Below the pieces are notes generated by a model, which made no database searches, was not told where the DNA came from, and was given only the letters and a program-made list of their open reading frames with translations. The position numbers and the translations under genes were made by a program. From Planctomycetales bacterium (GTDB taxonomy: Bacteria > 4484-113 > JAFGCY01): a stretch of 32,000 nt of DNA. Below, in pieces: positions 31,901 to 32,000 of this stretch (the first letter of the stretch is position 1; each line of letters opens with the position of its first letter). The stretch is from contig CP060262.1 in assembly GCA_022646745.1 (NCBI GenBank), positions 270,001 to 302,000 on the forward strand. Direction: 5' to 3'.

Positions 31901-32000
31901 GGCGCAGCGAGGACATGCGTCGCACCGTCAGTGCTGCCCAGGCGAACGGACTGACGGCTGTTTCCGTCATGAGCAGCCTCGATGGCAAGCACAGCCGGAT
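28906..32000 (+). CDS. Large surface lipoprotein (>1031 aa, 3' end beyond window) with FN3-like and PKD-like domains
   Basis: I checked frame 1 codon by codon and it is open from ATG 28906 to the window end. GGGAGG at 28893-28898; lipobox LLCLTAC; FN3-like FAGYVVERKD...GYRVAALDVAGNQSSW; PKD-like VEVDFDLSGSS...YIRFAVNDGSG. Not present in the supplied ORF track (no stop within the window). Confidence 0.8.
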   Translation, partial: MKMYLKICCALLLLLCLTACSGGGSGLQDQASSARLDSTPAGSAPGLPGLAGLDQLSAGSREASILGPGWYELWHEDIIDSASMTEDLGNGIILSPGAGNAYALYCLRGFNSDFSPTSLRVMPDAGGPSYMLLFADFVSGRWTSTGPHTGNVEIEVPGTENGTRHPLDFVSPAGRVYVAVLTDGSGSDLKIDNIELGIHGGLLAPRPPSSVFASLYTNGSVANWEHSPDYNKPDFAGYVVERKDLLTNEWGTVANTTPLDTSVLLPGPRQVTGYRVAALDVAGNQSSWTFTNDGGGILTASEVMQVDVVMPRGPLHGPVEVDFDLSGSSSPTDPIMEYQVDFEDNSLDYVGASPTISRVLQPGCYYIRFAVNDGSGFGADFGETSRTLVVYPQWEPSPLLVQEADLFSPVGRFTTVNGIAMQGTDDLLVVSDDLTLPGTVIRRGRPGSFSFDSLPFIGDAPHQYSDPALLGDTAYLGVKAGSGQNYIIACSPGGSHIIEGSFSFTRLVPVSNGESLFLIITTATAVGFADLTGGSSLVPIATGLTGNNYMDACWNPVTATVDIMLDDGGSLSYLSWDPAAMIITDDDSALLSPVEGGIDVEADPTTGELCVVSRSVAKNVFLRKPAGGAFAAPQEIDSPIINYWPADQAWHGGVPYATFAGGGGETRTYRLDAAGATTYNTADYTVDGFYTGCLLDDPASGKLLVCDRDSSASLYIAELNDDDSETILETLLSDRGWGRWLDSAVGADGYHLIMGNAFLNGVSHMVSADGAGWTTMGSATTDGYVDLFDNRAGEVFMTLRDASGYDVSYWDGAAWSNRWIVPGAQTREAVSAGNRASNTTAWVLEDTVAANLLRSQGNAGGFTTSTTAFPETTHIHKGRLVYDSIGGISPAFVLYSKPAVFQSFGLLNAYSGDVQDITWFSDGSTLISDLASFDDRETAARTMEMLPFRSGTTRYNATQIACWSVGGYNGSAFRYTFRNDSGVAKDIAMNTLPFRNVDWRSEDMRRTVSAAQANGLTAVSVMSSLDGKHSR

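Overview
High-GC (about 60-65% in coding regions) bacterial chromosomal segment with 27 protein-coding genes. I found no rRNA, tRNA or CRISPR array. Housekeeping genes (apbC/mrp, aspS, dnaB, purD) are interspersed with accessory and unusual genes. These include: an AhpD/CMD-family ORF with an in-frame TGA at its CxxC position plus a SECIS-like hairpin (probable selenoprotein); a cysteine-free thioredoxin fold; a RAYT transposase flanked by inverted REP hairpins (REPtron); an orphan fliR followed by a baeRF-like gene; a translationally coupled ABC-F / MBL-hydrolase / presenilin-like GxGD protease operon; a one-domain voltage-gated cation channel with a Cav-like TIEGW filter; two tandem FMN-reductase paralogs, each with an RBS-proximal hairpin; an active M14 carboxypeptidase next to a paralog that has lost all catalytic residues; a divergent M42 aminopeptidase; and a lipoprotein of more than 1030 aa that runs off the window and is missing from the ORF track. 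The most unusual non-coding signal is in the intergenic spacers at gene 3' ends. They are built from tandem arrays with strict 7-nt periodicity (at least 10 loci), several phased so that stop codons fall in all reading frames. These arrays are mixed with three families of conserved hairpin repeats, one of which is a 49-nt double hairpin with a mutually exclusive alternative helix. Function calls rest on motif recognition by eye; no database search was possible.
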